The position numbers and the translations under genes are program-made. Shown here piece by piece: positions 1-11,564 of a DNA stretch of 64,000 nt. Position 1 is the stretch's first letter; each line of letters begins with the position of its first letter. Source of the DNA: Octopus bimaculoides (lineage: Eukaryota); the NCBI RefSeq assembly GCF_001194135.2, contig NC_068983.1:53775666-53839665 (forward strand). The letters run 5' to 3'. The notes beneath the pieces were generated by a model that saw only the letters and a list, made by a program, of their open reading frames with translations, searched no databases and was not told the origin of the DNA.

Positions 1-134
1 ATGTTTTATGTTCAAACTGGCCAGGTCTGACCTCTCACACCTAGCCTACAATGTTATTCTAAAAATAAGTAATCACATAATTGAAAATCTCAAGGTTATG
101 AGTTAATTATCTTATGAATTTAAATAGCTCATTA

Positions 135-467
135 ACTTCATTATCTTATGAACTTCATCATCACCAAAGGCCTGCTGAATCTTCCGGATGGTTTGAGCTT
201 GGGTATCACTGAGCTTTTGACAAAACCTAATGCACTGTCTCTACTCGATGCATCTGGTCATCTTGTATGAAAATGAAAATCTGATGAGCAAGCATTACAC
301 ATTTATACTCTAGACGTAACAGCCAAGAGCTGACATGGTCTGCCAGTGTGAAAATGTTCATGCACACACAGGAAGGGTAGTGTCACCGCCCACCCAAAGG
401 GTTTTCCCCAAGCAGCATTAGTTTTGGAGTGGAAAAATAAAGTCAGATACTTATTGAACTCACCTCA
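135..467 (-). mobile_element. Mariner element, 5' end with decayed transposase N-terminus
   Basis: Terminus TA|TGAGGTGAGTTCAATAAG at 467. The minus strand reads IE*RQCIRFC/QKLSDTQAQTIRKIQQAFGDDEV (stop plus frameshift), a mariner N-terminal HTH. Confidence 0.75.
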
Positions 468-509
468 TATTTATGTGTGTGTATATATCTATATATGTGT
501 GTGTGTGTG

Positions 510-620
510 TATGTTGGTGACTAGAAGGGCATCTGGCTATAGAAAACCTACCTCAACAAATTCTGTTTGACCCATGCAAGCATGGAACAGGGGATGTTAA
601 ATTGATGATGATGATAATGA
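510..620 (+). mobile_element. 3' fragment of short retroposon family D (GAT-tailed)
   Basis: agaagggcatc...catgcaagcatgga...gttaaattgatgatgatgat, the same 3' end as copies at 6075-6297, 9085-9512, 10748-10970 and 20625-20760. Confidence 0.7.
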
Positions 621-754
621 ATGTAAGAGTTCAAATTCCACTGAAGTCAACATGGTCTTTATTCTCTCTTGGGCTAATTGAATATGTGCCAGGCAAAGGC
701 TGGGATTGGTTCAACAAGCTCTGACTAACCTTTACAAATACATGATTGCACCAG

Positions 755-756
755 TG

Positions 757-791
<35 letters not shown>

Positions 792-796
792 GTATA

Positions 797-860
<64 letters not shown>
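755..860. repeat. (TA)n/(TATG) microsatellite, representative of dozens in the window
   Basis: Direct inspection. Similar TA/CA/TATG tracts at 1920-2398, 21720-21957, 29885-30250 and 61040-61310. Confidence 0.98.
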
Positions 861-1021
861 CCAGAGTAAGCACATAAATGTGAAACAAGGTGGAAAAATA
901 GTACATACTAGAATACCAGAGGTAGAGTAACATGCTTTATTGAAAAGCACCAAAAATATCACAAAACTGTTACTCAGAGTTTCACATTCCCGTTCGTCAG
1001 ACAGTTTTGCTTTTCAATAAA
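861..1021 (-). mobile_element. Mini Penelope-like terminal-repeat remnant carrying a hammerhead
   Basis: About 160 bp between two (TA)n tracts. Contains the hammerhead at 962-1009 and a 14-bp inverted repeat ctttattgaaaagc/gcttttcaataaag. Confidence 0.6.
962..1009 (-). ncRNA. Type I hammerhead ribozyme (intact motif)
   Basis: Minus strand: caaaactgt-CUGACGA-acg(ggaa)tgt-GAA-ACUC(u)GAGU-A-acagttttg. Helix I is 9 bp, helix II 3 bp with a GNRA loop, helix III near-palindromic, cleavage triplet GUA. Confidence 0.88.
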
Positions 1022-1524
1022 GTATATATATATGTTTGTGTGTGTGTGTGTGTATATATACACACACACACACATACATACTTGTCAGCTTGTCTGTCTT
1101 TGTTATAAAAGAAAAAGATTGCTTTTCTTATGTTGATGAAGTAGAATTTGCTATAAGTTTTCATCTGTGTATGTTCATTTAAATGCAAGAAAACAACAAG
1201 TTACAAGATAAACTGGTAATACTACTCATAAAGAGTTTCTATACAATTTCTTTTGCAAAAGTTGAAAGCAACAAAATCAAAACTGAAAATATGTCAGACT
1301 GCTACAATTTGTTATTTAATGTTAAACCTGCTCTCACATTGAATGGACATATATATAAAGATAATCAAGCTATGACCATCCCATCTTTTTTTTTTTTTTC
1401 AATTATTGATAATGTAGGTGCAGAAGAACTGGTGAGACTATGAAAGCTTGTAGTACTCCATTTCTGAAATAGCAGGATTTATTTTCTCACATACTATATA
1501 GGCCACATACTATATAGGCAACGA

Positions 1525-1885
1525 TCATGTTCGGATGGTGCTTTATACGTACCTCCAGCACAGGAGCCAGCCAGGGGTTAATGGCATCGGTCACAATCGG
1601 TTGGTGCTTTTTATGTGCCACCAGCACAGGAGCCAGTTAGGCACACCTGAAATCAACCATGTTTAGCTGGTGCTTTTTACATGCCACCGGCACGGGAGCC
1701 AGTCAGGCGAGCCTCACACCAACCACGTTTAGATGGTGTTTTTATGTGCCACTGGCACAGGAGCCAGTCAGGGGGCATTGGCCCCAGCTATAATACTGGT
1801 TTTACTTGACTCAACACGTTTTCTCAAGCATATCATATTGTCCGACGCATCAGGGGTATTCTTAACAGAGCCAGACATGCGTGGC
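1525..1885 (-). mobile_element. Family D retroposon with internal 66-bp tandem repeats
   Basis: Four units start ggtg at 1537, 1603, 1669 and 1735, with core gtgccaccggcacaggagccagtcagg. The same units occur inside the copy at 9085-9512. Confidence 0.7.
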
Positions 1886-2037
1886 TAATGGATAATAAAA
1901 CGAATGTCTCTCATTTGCCATGTACATGTGTATATATTTATGTATGTGTATATAAATTTATGTATGTTGTGTATTTATATGCAGATGTATGTATGTGTAT
2001 ATATATATATATATGTATGTATGTGTATATGTTTGCG

Positions 2038-2072
<35 letters not shown>

Positions 2073-2399
2073 GTTTATGTATGTGTATATATATATGTAT
2101 GTATGTGTATATGTATGTGTATATATATATATATGTATGTATGTGTATATGTATGTATATATATATGTATGTGTATATATGTATTTATGTATGTGTATAT
2201 ATATATTTATGTATATGTATATATATATTTATGTAAGTATATGTATATATATATTTATGTATGTGTGCATATATATATGTATGTATCTGTATGTGTATAT
2301 ATGTATATGTATGTGTATATATGTATATGTATATATGTATATACATATATGTATATATGTTTTGTGTATATATGTATGTGTATATATGTATGTGTGCAA

Positions 2400-2880
2400 T
2401 TGATGAAGCACTTGAACAGTTAAAACAGCACAAGAACCGGGCAGCAGATGGAACATTTAACTGTTGATCTAGTATATTCTTCAATTATATATACTTCACG
2501 TTCAAACTGATAATTTTAATGCCCCACAATTGTTTTCATTGCTCTCTGACAAAAGTCAAGACACATACAGTAGATTTTTTGCCAAAATAAATGAATTACT
2601 GCAGAATGAGGGACCTGTTGATATAATTATGGATTTTGAAAAAGCAGCCCATAATGAATTTCTGGGTCGAATTTGGCATGCTGCTTGTTTTATTCAGGAC
2701 CAAATGTGTACAAACATGTTGTGCCAGAAGAACTAAAATGCAGATATCACGAAGATGACAGTTTTAGTCTAAAAATGCAGTGTTTTGTTGCCCTTGTCTT
2801 CCTGCTGGTTGATGATGTTGTAGATGGATAGATGATTTTCCACAGTCAGTTATATCCTATTTTGAAAATAATTATATACC
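2400..2880 (+). pseudogene. Decayed Mutator/MULE transposase fragment
   Basis: ADGTFN...LFSLLSDKSQDTYSRFF...IIMDFEKAAHN...CF..Q...FSLKMQCFVALVFL...YFENNYI, with stops and frameshifts. These are MULE DDE domain motifs. Confidence 0.85.
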
Positions 2881-3935
2881 AAAAGAAGCCCATTGTATGG
2901 GTGTATGTATGTATTTGTCTCTCCCGCCGCACCCCACTGCTCGACAACTGGTGTTGGTGTTTTTATGTCACTGTAACTTAGCACTTCAGCAAAAGAAACC
3001 GATACAATAAGTATCAGGCTCAAAATTAAAAGTATTCGGGTTGATTTATTTAACCAAAAATTCTTCAGGGCAGTGCCCCAGCATGGCTACAGTCTAATGA
3101 CTGAAACAAGTAAAAGGCAAAGAATATGAGGGAATGCTGAAAAGTTCCTGGTTATGGGTAAAAGAAAGGATCAATTGATTATGGCTTTATTCAACATATT
3201 TTCCTTCACTTTTTCTAAGCCCTGTAAAAGAACTTAGAAGTCAAGCCTCCAGCCAGGCCGTTTGCTGTGCCCTTAAAGCTAGGAACTTTTCAACTCCCCC
3301 TTGTAAAGATCTAAGAATTATTATTTTTGATATCCAAATTCTAATGATAGAGCTTTCACTTATCAAGCCCCAACTTCTAGGAAATAAACTCATACATACA
3401 TGCATTCATATATAATGTGTATGCATGATAACTAGAATTCTAGATACATATCTCTTCCATGGAGATGTCAGTTGTAAGGTTTATCTAAAAATGCTGCAAA
3501 ATACCTGTGGTGAAATAGTAATTAATACACAACCTAATAAACACTGTACATAATTTATGAGTCTAGCATTTATGCTGTGTTGCAGATAGGTTTTTCCTTT
3601 TGTTTTCAATATTTAAAAGTCAAAAGCAATTTAACGGTTAAGCTTAGTCTAAGCTGTATATAAAAACAAAGTTTTATCAAGTCTTAATTAATCCAAGATT
3701 GCTTAGCATTGTGTTCAACAAGACGTAAGAGAACAGAATCAATATGATTAATGTTGGAATGAATATGGACCATTATGATAAACATTTAATTTATTTACTG
3801 AGATGTACTTGCATAGCAAGCAACCTGATCTGAGATCATGTGCTGGAACAAAAACAGTTGCAGGGTGGAAGGTGTTTATAAGCCATTTAAGAAACACACA
3901 AAAACTGTTAGATTCACTTCAGCATTTAAATTTAA

Positions 3936-3982
3936 TTTGCCAAAATATTTTCATCGCTTTGAGACCGCGACCTGGTCACTGA
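3936..3982 (-). ncRNA. Hammerhead variant with G3-C8 core
   Basis: Minus strand: tca-GUGACCA-g-gtcgc(ggtctcaaa)gcgat-GAA-AAUAUU-U-tggcaaa. Palindromic helix III; helix I truncated to 3 bp at the palindrome centre. Confidence 0.6.
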
Positions 3983-3994
3983 TGCAGCAAGGAA

Positions 3995-4046
3995 TTTTGT
4001 CAGTAAACAGGTCACGGCCTCAAAGCAATGAAAATATTTTGGCAAA
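3995..4046 (+). ncRNA. Hammerhead variant with G3-C8 core, decayed (G5A, helix II transitions)
   Basis: tttgtca-GUAAACA-g-gtcac(ggcctcaaa)gcaat-GAA-AAUAUU-U-tggcaaa; helix I is 7 bp. Confidence 0.5.
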
Positions 4047-4225
4047 TTAAATTTAAATGTTGAAGTGAATCGTATGGTTTTTGTGTGTTTCTTAAATGGC
4101 GTATAAACACCTTCCATGCTGCAATTGTTTTGATTTAACTTATTCTATGGCATTTATCATTGTTTACTGTTTGCGTTCAGTATTGGCAAAATATCCTACA
4201 CAAAACTAGTAGAAAGAAAATATTT

Positions 4226-4436
4226 TTTCCTACTCTCTGCACAAAGCCCAAAATTTGGTGGGGAGTAGGCCAGTCAATTAGATCAACCCCAGTACACAAC
4301 TGGTACTTAATTTATTGACCCTGAAAGAATGAAAGGCAAAGTCGACCGCAATAGAATTTGAACTCAGAAAGTAAAGACAGATGAAATATTGTTAAGCATT
4401 TCGCCCGGAGTGCTAACATTTCTGCCAGCTCACCAT
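4226..4436 (-). mobile_element. tRNA-type SINE family A (ggcggcgagctggcagaa...)
   Basis: Matches the many copies with gagttcaaatt (B-box-like) and core gactttgcctttcatcctttcggggtcgataaattaagtaccag. Confidence 0.85.
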
Positions 4437-4555
4437 CCTAGTAGAAAGAAAATATTAAGAAAACAAGGATTTCCCAACAATCTGACACAACAATATTCAT
4501 CAGCTTTAGTCAATGTTCTCAACTGGTCAGTCAGGACTTTTATAAAATATTGGCA

Positions 4556-4712
4556 CAAGCATGGCTGTGTGGTTAAGGAGCTTGCTTTGCAACCTCATGG
4601 TTTCAGGTTCAATCCACTGTGTGGCACTTTGGGCCAATGTTTTCTACTATAGCACTGGATCAACATACATTGTGAGTGAATTTGGTAGACAGAAACTGCT
4701 TGGAAGCCCATC

Positions 4713-4771
<59 letters not shown>

Positions 4772-5105
4772 GTTAAAAATCACTTCTTTAACTTTCTAAG
4801 ACATCTCAACGCTTCTAAAAGCAAACTTCATTTGTTTGTTTACATTTGTTGTAATTTGAATTTAATATATATATATATATATATGTATATCTATGCATCT
4901 CTGTGTCTTGTTGTTTGTTTTTATTCCTTCCACAACCACTTGACAACTGGTATTGGTTTGTTTATGTTCCTGTAACTTAGATGTTCAGCAAAAGAAACTG
5001 ATAGATTAAGTCCCAGAATTAAAAATAAGCATTACAAATTGATTAAATGCTTCAGTACAGTGCTCCAGCATAGCCACAACCCAATGACTGAAACATGTGA
5101 AAGGT
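4556..5105 (+). mobile_element. tRNA-type SINE family B with internal microsatellite
   Basis: Head ggctgtgtggttaag...ggttcaatccc, ccttgggcaa core, central (TA)n, tail gctccagcatagccacaacccaatgactgaaac. Confidence 0.85.
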
Positions 5106-5644
5106 AAAAATTTACATTACTACATCACCCAAATAATGAATTATTACTTGATTGTTTGTTTATGACAGACAATATCTATGCTTAAGCCTTTTGTTTATCT
5201 CTTTTTACTCTAATCCAATAAGCTGGAAATGAATACTGTATGGTGAATACATCCAGTTTTCACTCTGCAAAGTATCTTCTTTCATATAATTTCATGAACT
5301 TGCAACGTTAAGTTCATATTTCTTTATAAATAAAGACGATAATAAATGTGCTCACAGCATGCCTTCATTCTGTTTTCAACCAATTATCGATCATTCAAAC
5401 TGAAGAGAACTCAATACGAAGGAATTATTCTATCTCAAATAATAAGATTTGTTCATGACTTGTAATAAGGTGCTCAGCTAACTCAAAAAAAAAAAACGTG
5501 TATACACATGCATGTATTTCATCGTCACACTTCTTTATGCTTGAGAGATGTAGACTCCTTACTAATGCCATATCAAATAACGCGAATAGTTCTCTGAATC
5601 AAAACTTCATTTACTTCTAAGTGTTTACTGGAAACAAAGGAAGA

Positions 5645-5975
5645 CCAATATCTATTCCTACAACTGAAAATGACAACAAGCACTGAAATGGTAATCAATA
5701 AGTACCACCAGCGGTACTGGATTGGCCCCATGTCCAAAGAACAGATAATGAATAACTAATGAAGACCTTCTTTTATTCTCAACTGACAACAGAAAATTGT
5801 CATCAAAGAAAACCACAACTGAGGTTTAGAGATATCTTGAAGTGGAACCTCATACTATTTGGCATTCTCCAGAAAGAGCTCCAAACAGACGTGGAAGATA
5901 GAAAACAATGGAGGAATCACTGTTATTTTGGCTGTGAATTCTTTGAGAGAACTAGAAAACATAGGGGTTGGAAAT
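5645..5975 (+). pseudogene. RTE-clade LINE, 3' fragment
   Basis: MKTFFYSQLTTENCHQRKPQLRFRDILKWNL...EDRKQWR is the RTE post-RT C-terminal pattern. Confidence 0.65.
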
Positions 5976-6074
5976 GATGGCAAATAACAGTTTAGCCAAA
6001 TGATCACCACTTTGAAATGGAGAAATGTATATTTGCATTTAAGCCAATATCAAACACAGAGCTGCTACAGCAGA

Positions 6075-6297
6075 AAGGTGGCCACCATTGGTGAGAAACT
6101 CAACTGGTGCCATGTAAAAAGCATCCGCTGCAGTCTGTAAAGTGGTTGGTATTAGGAAGGGCATCCAGCCATAGAAATCATGCCAATGCAGATAATTGGA
6201 GCTTGGTACAGTCCTCGTGCTTACCAGGTCCTGTCAAACTGTCCAACCCATACCAGCATGGAAAACAGATGTTAAATGATGATGATCATGATGATAC
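6075..6297 (+). mobile_element. Family D retroposon, 3' part
   Basis: ggaagggcatccagccatagaa...ccagcatggaaaacagatgttaaatgatgatgat. Confidence 0.75.
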
Positions 6298-6313
6298 ATA
6301 ATAATATATATTA

Positions 6314-6355
<42 letters not shown>

Positions 6356-6740
6356 ACAATATTAAAAATAAGGATTATTATTTTGAATACCTAACTAAGA
6401 ATGAACCAGTAATCGTTTGGGGGTAATCCCTTACTATTTACAAATACACACACACACACAAACACACATATATACACACATGCGCACACAATACATAAAT
6501 GAATTAAGAGAAATAGCTTGGTGTGGCCTCTTGCAGCTATTTGAACAAGAGAAATAATAAGGATACTTTAAATAACACACACAATAAATTCTTGATTTAC
6601 TGGAAATATTTCTGCTTTGAGGGATGGAGGGATCAACTCCAAGTGAGAAGAGGAGATATAATCTCGAGAATTATAAATTCTCCAGAACTGACATGTCATT
6701 AAGGAAAAGATGGTTAGATGGGTTTGTAATTAAGAGAATA

Positions 6741-6783
6741 GCTGCACACATGTTTCTGCCTCAATAAGCATCATCAGCACAGC
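6741..6783 (-). ncRNA. Type I hammerhead motif, probably inactive (H17 = G)
   Basis: Minus strand: gctgtg-CUGAUGA-tgc(ttattgag)gca-GAA-ACAUGU-G-tgcagc. Palindromic helix III; 6-bp helix I with two wobbles. Confidence 0.7.
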
Positions 6784-7523
6784 AGTTTTATTATGTTGTA
6801 TCCATCGCTCATATACACTTCGACATGAACAAAAACAAGTAGATAATACATGACCTAGATAATATATATCATCATCATTGCCATCATCATCATCCTCCTC
6901 AACATTATCATCAAAAGCATCCTCATTATTTACTGTCACATCTCCTTTTCCAGACATGATTTGGACAGTTTTGACAGAAACAGTTGAGCCAGAGGGCTGT
7001 GCTTAGCTCCAGTGCCTTCTTTGATATGGTTTCTATAGCTTGATACCCTTCCTAATGCCAACCACTTTACAGTATGTACTGGTTGGCACCAGCACTGGTA
7101 AGATCACCAAGTACTTGCAAGACAAGACCCCTCAATTGAGAGGAGCACAATATTGAAGGATGGGAAAATGATAGAGGGACAGAAACAGGGTTCTAGCTGG
7201 AGAGGTGAATACATGACTTCCCAAGCTGGAAAGGGAGAGAGATGGTGAAAGCATGTATTTGGTATGTATATATATATCCCTTTAATATTCAGATTACTAT
7301 CAAATATAATGCTTTGAATTAATCATGCATTATCTTGTAGCTTTGAGATTTCAATAACATGAAGGCAGTCAGCTGGCAGAATCATTAGCATGTCAGACAA
7401 AATGTTTAGCAATATTTCATCTGTCTTCACATTTTGAGTTCAAATTTCACTGAGGTCTACTTTACCTTTCATCCTTTTGAGGTCAATAAATTAAGCACCA
7501 GTGAAGCATTGGAATTGATTTAA

Positions 7524-7747
7524 CCCTTATATTACTGTATTTATTTTGAGATGTTCTGTGTTTCTTTCAATAAGTTCTAAATATAACAAAGAATTTAGTA
7601 AAATAACTTAGTTATCATTAAGCTAGTGTTAGGAACATAAATTGTGGCTAAAGTTTGGTGGAAGATTTTAAATCAGAACTTATGAGAACAAGACATTTGT
7701 ACTCAAAGCCCAAGGTAGTTTCAGTAGTTGGGTTGGTATCGAAAGGG
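7524..7747. mobile_element. piggyBac-type MITE
   Basis: TTAA|CCCTT...AAGGG|TTAA termini; sister copies at 7777-8001 and 18902-19121. Confidence 0.85.
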
Positions 7748-7776
7748 TTAAGAATTGTTTTTCTATTATATATCAA

Positions 7777-8001
7777 CCCTTTCATTACTGTATTTATTTT
7801 AAGATGCTGCTCTGTGATTCTTTCAATTAATTTTAACTATAACAAGAAATTTAGTAAAATAACTTAGTTATCATTAAGCTAGTGTTAGTAACATAAATTG
7901 TGACTAAGGTTTGGTGGAAGATTTGAATTCAGTACTTATGAAAACAATACATTTGTTCTACAGAGCCAGAGCCAGTTTCGGCCAGGTTGGTATCGAAAGG
8001 G
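7777..8001. mobile_element. piggyBac-type MITE, second copy
   Basis: TCAA|CCCTTT...AAAGGG|TTAA; near-identical to 7524-7747. Confidence 0.85.
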
Positions 8002-9084
8002 TTAATCAACTGGCTCCCTAACTCAAAATCTCAGGCCTTGTGATTACAGTAGAAAGGGATTTCAATGATGTAACTGTTTGTTTTTAGAAAGACAATGTAG
8101 GGTTGGTGAGAAAGACTAGATCATGGATAAAATATTTTAGCCAGATATGGCTAGTTTAAATGCCTAAAAGGGGTATATTTATCGCTGTTGTCAAGTGAAA
8201 GGAGGGTCAATCTATTATAGTCTTATGAAGAGTTTCAAGAAAGATCAGTGAATCATTTGCATGGTTCTGATTTAATAATAAACAGTAAGAGTGAAAAGCC
8301 TCGTCATTATGTAGCTTCATTCTTCTGGAGTTGATTAAATAAGTTCATTTGAATACATTGCTTCACATTGTAACAAGTGAAGCTGATATTATGAGCAGTT
8401 GAATGGAATTCATTATCATGTAATCAAAAAGTTTTTACACTACTTTTCTCACGCCCCAACATTAACCACTACTACTACTAACACCATTATTACCACTACT
8501 ACTACCAACACTACCATCCCCACCACCACCTCTTTTTCTTCTTCTTCTTCTTCTTCTTCTTCTATTCATTTACAACTCAGTACCATCAAACCATTTTCTT
8601 TTAAGAATCTAGCTGTTGCAACTGGGAATGTTTACAGAGTCCCAGGGTTGCCTGTAAATAATTCAAATACATACAACAGTATTTTTGCTATGTTCTTCCC
8701 AATTTCTTCTCTTAACTACCAATAAACAGGGATAGTTGACCGCAAGCTGAGTTGCAACAGCAGGAAATGAGGTGATTGAGTGCAACTCTTTGGGCAAAGC
8801 ATGTTTTGCTACAGTTCATTTTTAGTGCTGGCAGCACACACACACACACACATACACACAAGTGCAAGCACACGTGAAAATATACACATATAGATAGAAA
8901 GGGGGAATTACTTTGAATTTTAAAAAATGGTTTCCTTAGTATTTCCTGAATACCTTTAAAACATCAATTAAGAAAATGCTAATTATTAAAATTATTGATT
9001 ACAAAACCAACTGATTACAAGAACAATGATACACACAAGATAAAATTATTTCCTTATCTGTATCTTATATATATATATATTATC

Positions 9085-9509
9085 ATCATTGTTTAACGTC
9101 CGCTTTCCATGCTAGCATGGGTTGGACGATTTGACTGAGGACTGGTGAACCAGATGGCTACACCAGACTCCAATCTGATCTGGCAGAGTTTCTACAGCTG
9201 GATGCCCTTCCTAAGCCCAACCACTCTGAGAGTGTAGTGGGTGCTTTCATGTGCCACCGGCACGAGGGCCAGTCAGGTGGTGCTGGCAATGGTCACACTC
9301 AAAATGGTGTATTTTACGTGCCACCTGCACAGGAGCCAGTCCAGCGGTACTGGCAATGAACTTGCTCGAATGACTTTTCATGTTCCACTGGCACAAGTGC
9401 CAGGAATGCGATGCTGCGGCATAAGTGCCAGGAAGGTGACTCTGGTAACGATCACGCTCGAATGGTGGTGCCATCATGATTTCGCTTTCGCTTGCCCCAA
9501 CAGGTCTTC

Positions 9510-9512
<3 letters not shown>
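9085..9512 (-). mobile_element. Family D retroposon, long copy
   Basis: Tail tcatcattgtttaacgtccgctttccatgc on the plus strand, with internal gtgccaccggcac repeats. Confidence 0.8.
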
Positions 9513-9561
<49 letters not shown>

Positions 9562-10037
9562 ACATACACTAGCTGAAATACCCGGCATTGCCTGAGTTAA
9601 TGACTCAGAGAATTAATAGTAACATCACAAAGCTCTTTATTTAACTTATAGTAAATCTCTTCAAAAAAAAAACACTCAGCAAATTCCAGACTAAGAATAC
9701 TTTGTAGACCATTTTCTTTTTTTTTTCTTTTAATATATTTTTGTTTGATATCCAAATCCCAAAGATATACAAGTTCAGTTCTGTGAAAATTTGTGCACAA
9801 GTTCAAATCTCATGAATTCTTTTTCAGTTTTTGCTTAAACATAATGTGTAACCTAACTCAAAATTGTAATCCTAAGTGCTAACATGAAACCCCTAACATC
9901 AAATGCTCACCCTCAATGGAGCAAGGAAGAGTGTAATATGAAACCTCGTGTGTGTTTGTGTGTATGTAGAGAGAGAGAGAAAGAGAGAAAGACAGAGAGG
10001 GTGGAGCAAGAACGAGTGTGATATGAAAGATGTGTCT

Positions 10038-10069
<32 letters not shown>

Positions 10070-10970
10070 GGAGGAGAAAAAAAAAGGAAAAGTTTGGTTT
10101 AATTATAAATATAGTTGTTATAATATTAAGTTATTTCCATTCGTGTGTCTAATGTCATAAATGTATGTGTACACATGTAAATAGATTAAACTTTTCATGT
10201 AAATCATTCTTTTCTTAAAGGTGACAGCGTGTGAAATACATACATGCGTACATACCCACACAAACAATGTTTCCATTAGTCATTATCTGCTGGCTACAAC
10301 TTGGCTTTATAAACTGATTGAAAGCATGCATGTGTGCATCCCTAAATGACAGCTGTATTAATGTTACATTCCACTACCACTCCATATTTGTCTCTTACAC
10401 AACTCCGGTCTCCCCTTTTCTGATATCAGTCACTCTCCCTATCCCACCTCATTTCCTTCACACTAACACTCTTGCAGCCTTCTAATTTTATCCCAAAATA
10501 GCTCATCCTACCATTACAATTTTATAAGTTATATTAGATATATGTAGTTATACACACACATATGTACATGACAAGGTTCCACACAATTTCTGTCTACCAA
10601 ATTCATTCATGACACTCAGGAGCTATAACACAAAACACTTGCCTAAGGTGCCATGTGGTTGTAAAAACCAGACACACATGGTTGCAAAGCAAGCTCATTA
10701 ACCATCACACAGCCATGCACATACCTATATATATATATATATACATATCATCATCATCGTTTAACGTCCGCTTTCCATGCTAGCATGGGTTGGACGATTT
10801 GACTGATCTGGCAGAGTTTCTACAGCTGGATGCCCTTCCTAACGCCAACCACTCAGAGAGTGTAGTGTGTGCTTTTACGTGCCACCGGCACGAAGGCCTG
10901 TCAGGCAGTACTGGCAATGGCCACGCTCAAAATGGTGTATTTTATGTGCCACCTGCACAAGAGCCAGTCC

Positions 10971-11328
10971 NNNNNNNNNNNNNNNNNNNNNNNNNNNNNN
11001 NNNNNNNNNNNNNNNNNNNNNNNNNNNNNNNNNNNNNNNNNNNNNNNNNNNNNNNNNNNNNNNNNNNNNNNNNNNNNNNNNNNNNNNNNNNNNNNNNNNN
11101 NNNNNNNNNNNNNNNNNNNNNNNNNNNNNNNNNNNNNNNNNNNNNNNNNNNNNNNNNNNNNNNNNNNNNNNNNNNNNNNNNNNNNNNNNNNNNNNNNNNN
11201 NNNNNNNNNNNNNNNNNNNNNNNNNNNNNNNNNNNNNNNNNNNNNNNNNNNNNNNNNNNNNNNNNNNNNNNNNNNNNNNNNNNNNNNNNNNNNNNNNNNN
11301 NNNNNNNNNNNNNNNNNNNNNNNNNNNN
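10971..11328. other. Assembly gap
   Basis: Run of N. Other gaps: 12450-12459, 26546-26653, 34049-34694, 44428-44461, 46124-46133, 59938-60027, 62623-62738. Confidence 1.
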
Positions 11329-11564
11329 TATATATATATATAAAAATATATAAATATATCTATCTATCATATATATAAATATATCTATCTATCATATATA
11401 TATATAAATTATTTGTCTCTTTTTGGAAGCTCTGTTCAAAATGGTGGAAATCTTGACACAGAAATATAGCTGCAAATTTAAAGGGCAGCAAAAGCATTTG
11501 GTGGCTTGGAGTCACGCGTTTGGTGCCAGTGACATATAAATACAAATACAATGCTGGCTCTTTA

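Larger units (their letters stand above)
3848..4131. repeat. Fold-back palindrome of two inverted Penelope-like tails, each with a hammerhead-like motif
   Basis: Arms at about 3848-3982 and 3999-4131 are reverse complements with scattered transitions. Confidence 0.9.

Noticed and set aside
1537-1800. CRISPR-like repeat-spacer pattern
   Set aside because: Eukaryotic context with no cas genes; the linkers are related to each other; the module is internal to a dispersed retroposon.
631-2484. Long ORFs rich in Y/I/M/C/V/H/T (also near 21675-22008, 29823-30294, 49689-49986 and 60868-61408)
   Set aside because: They are translations of (TA)n, (TG)n, (TATG)n and (TATC)n microsatellites, which lack stops in several frames.
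6730-6865. Possible terminal exon (GHVLSTCFCSCRSVYERW...)
   Set aside because: No recognisable protein or partner exons; the stretch is better explained as a hammerhead-bearing repeat tail.
10790-11378. ORFs spanning X runs (also 33757-34743, 59878-60243 and 62491-62864)
   Set aside because: Their length comes from N gaps; the flanks are SINE or retroposon sequence.
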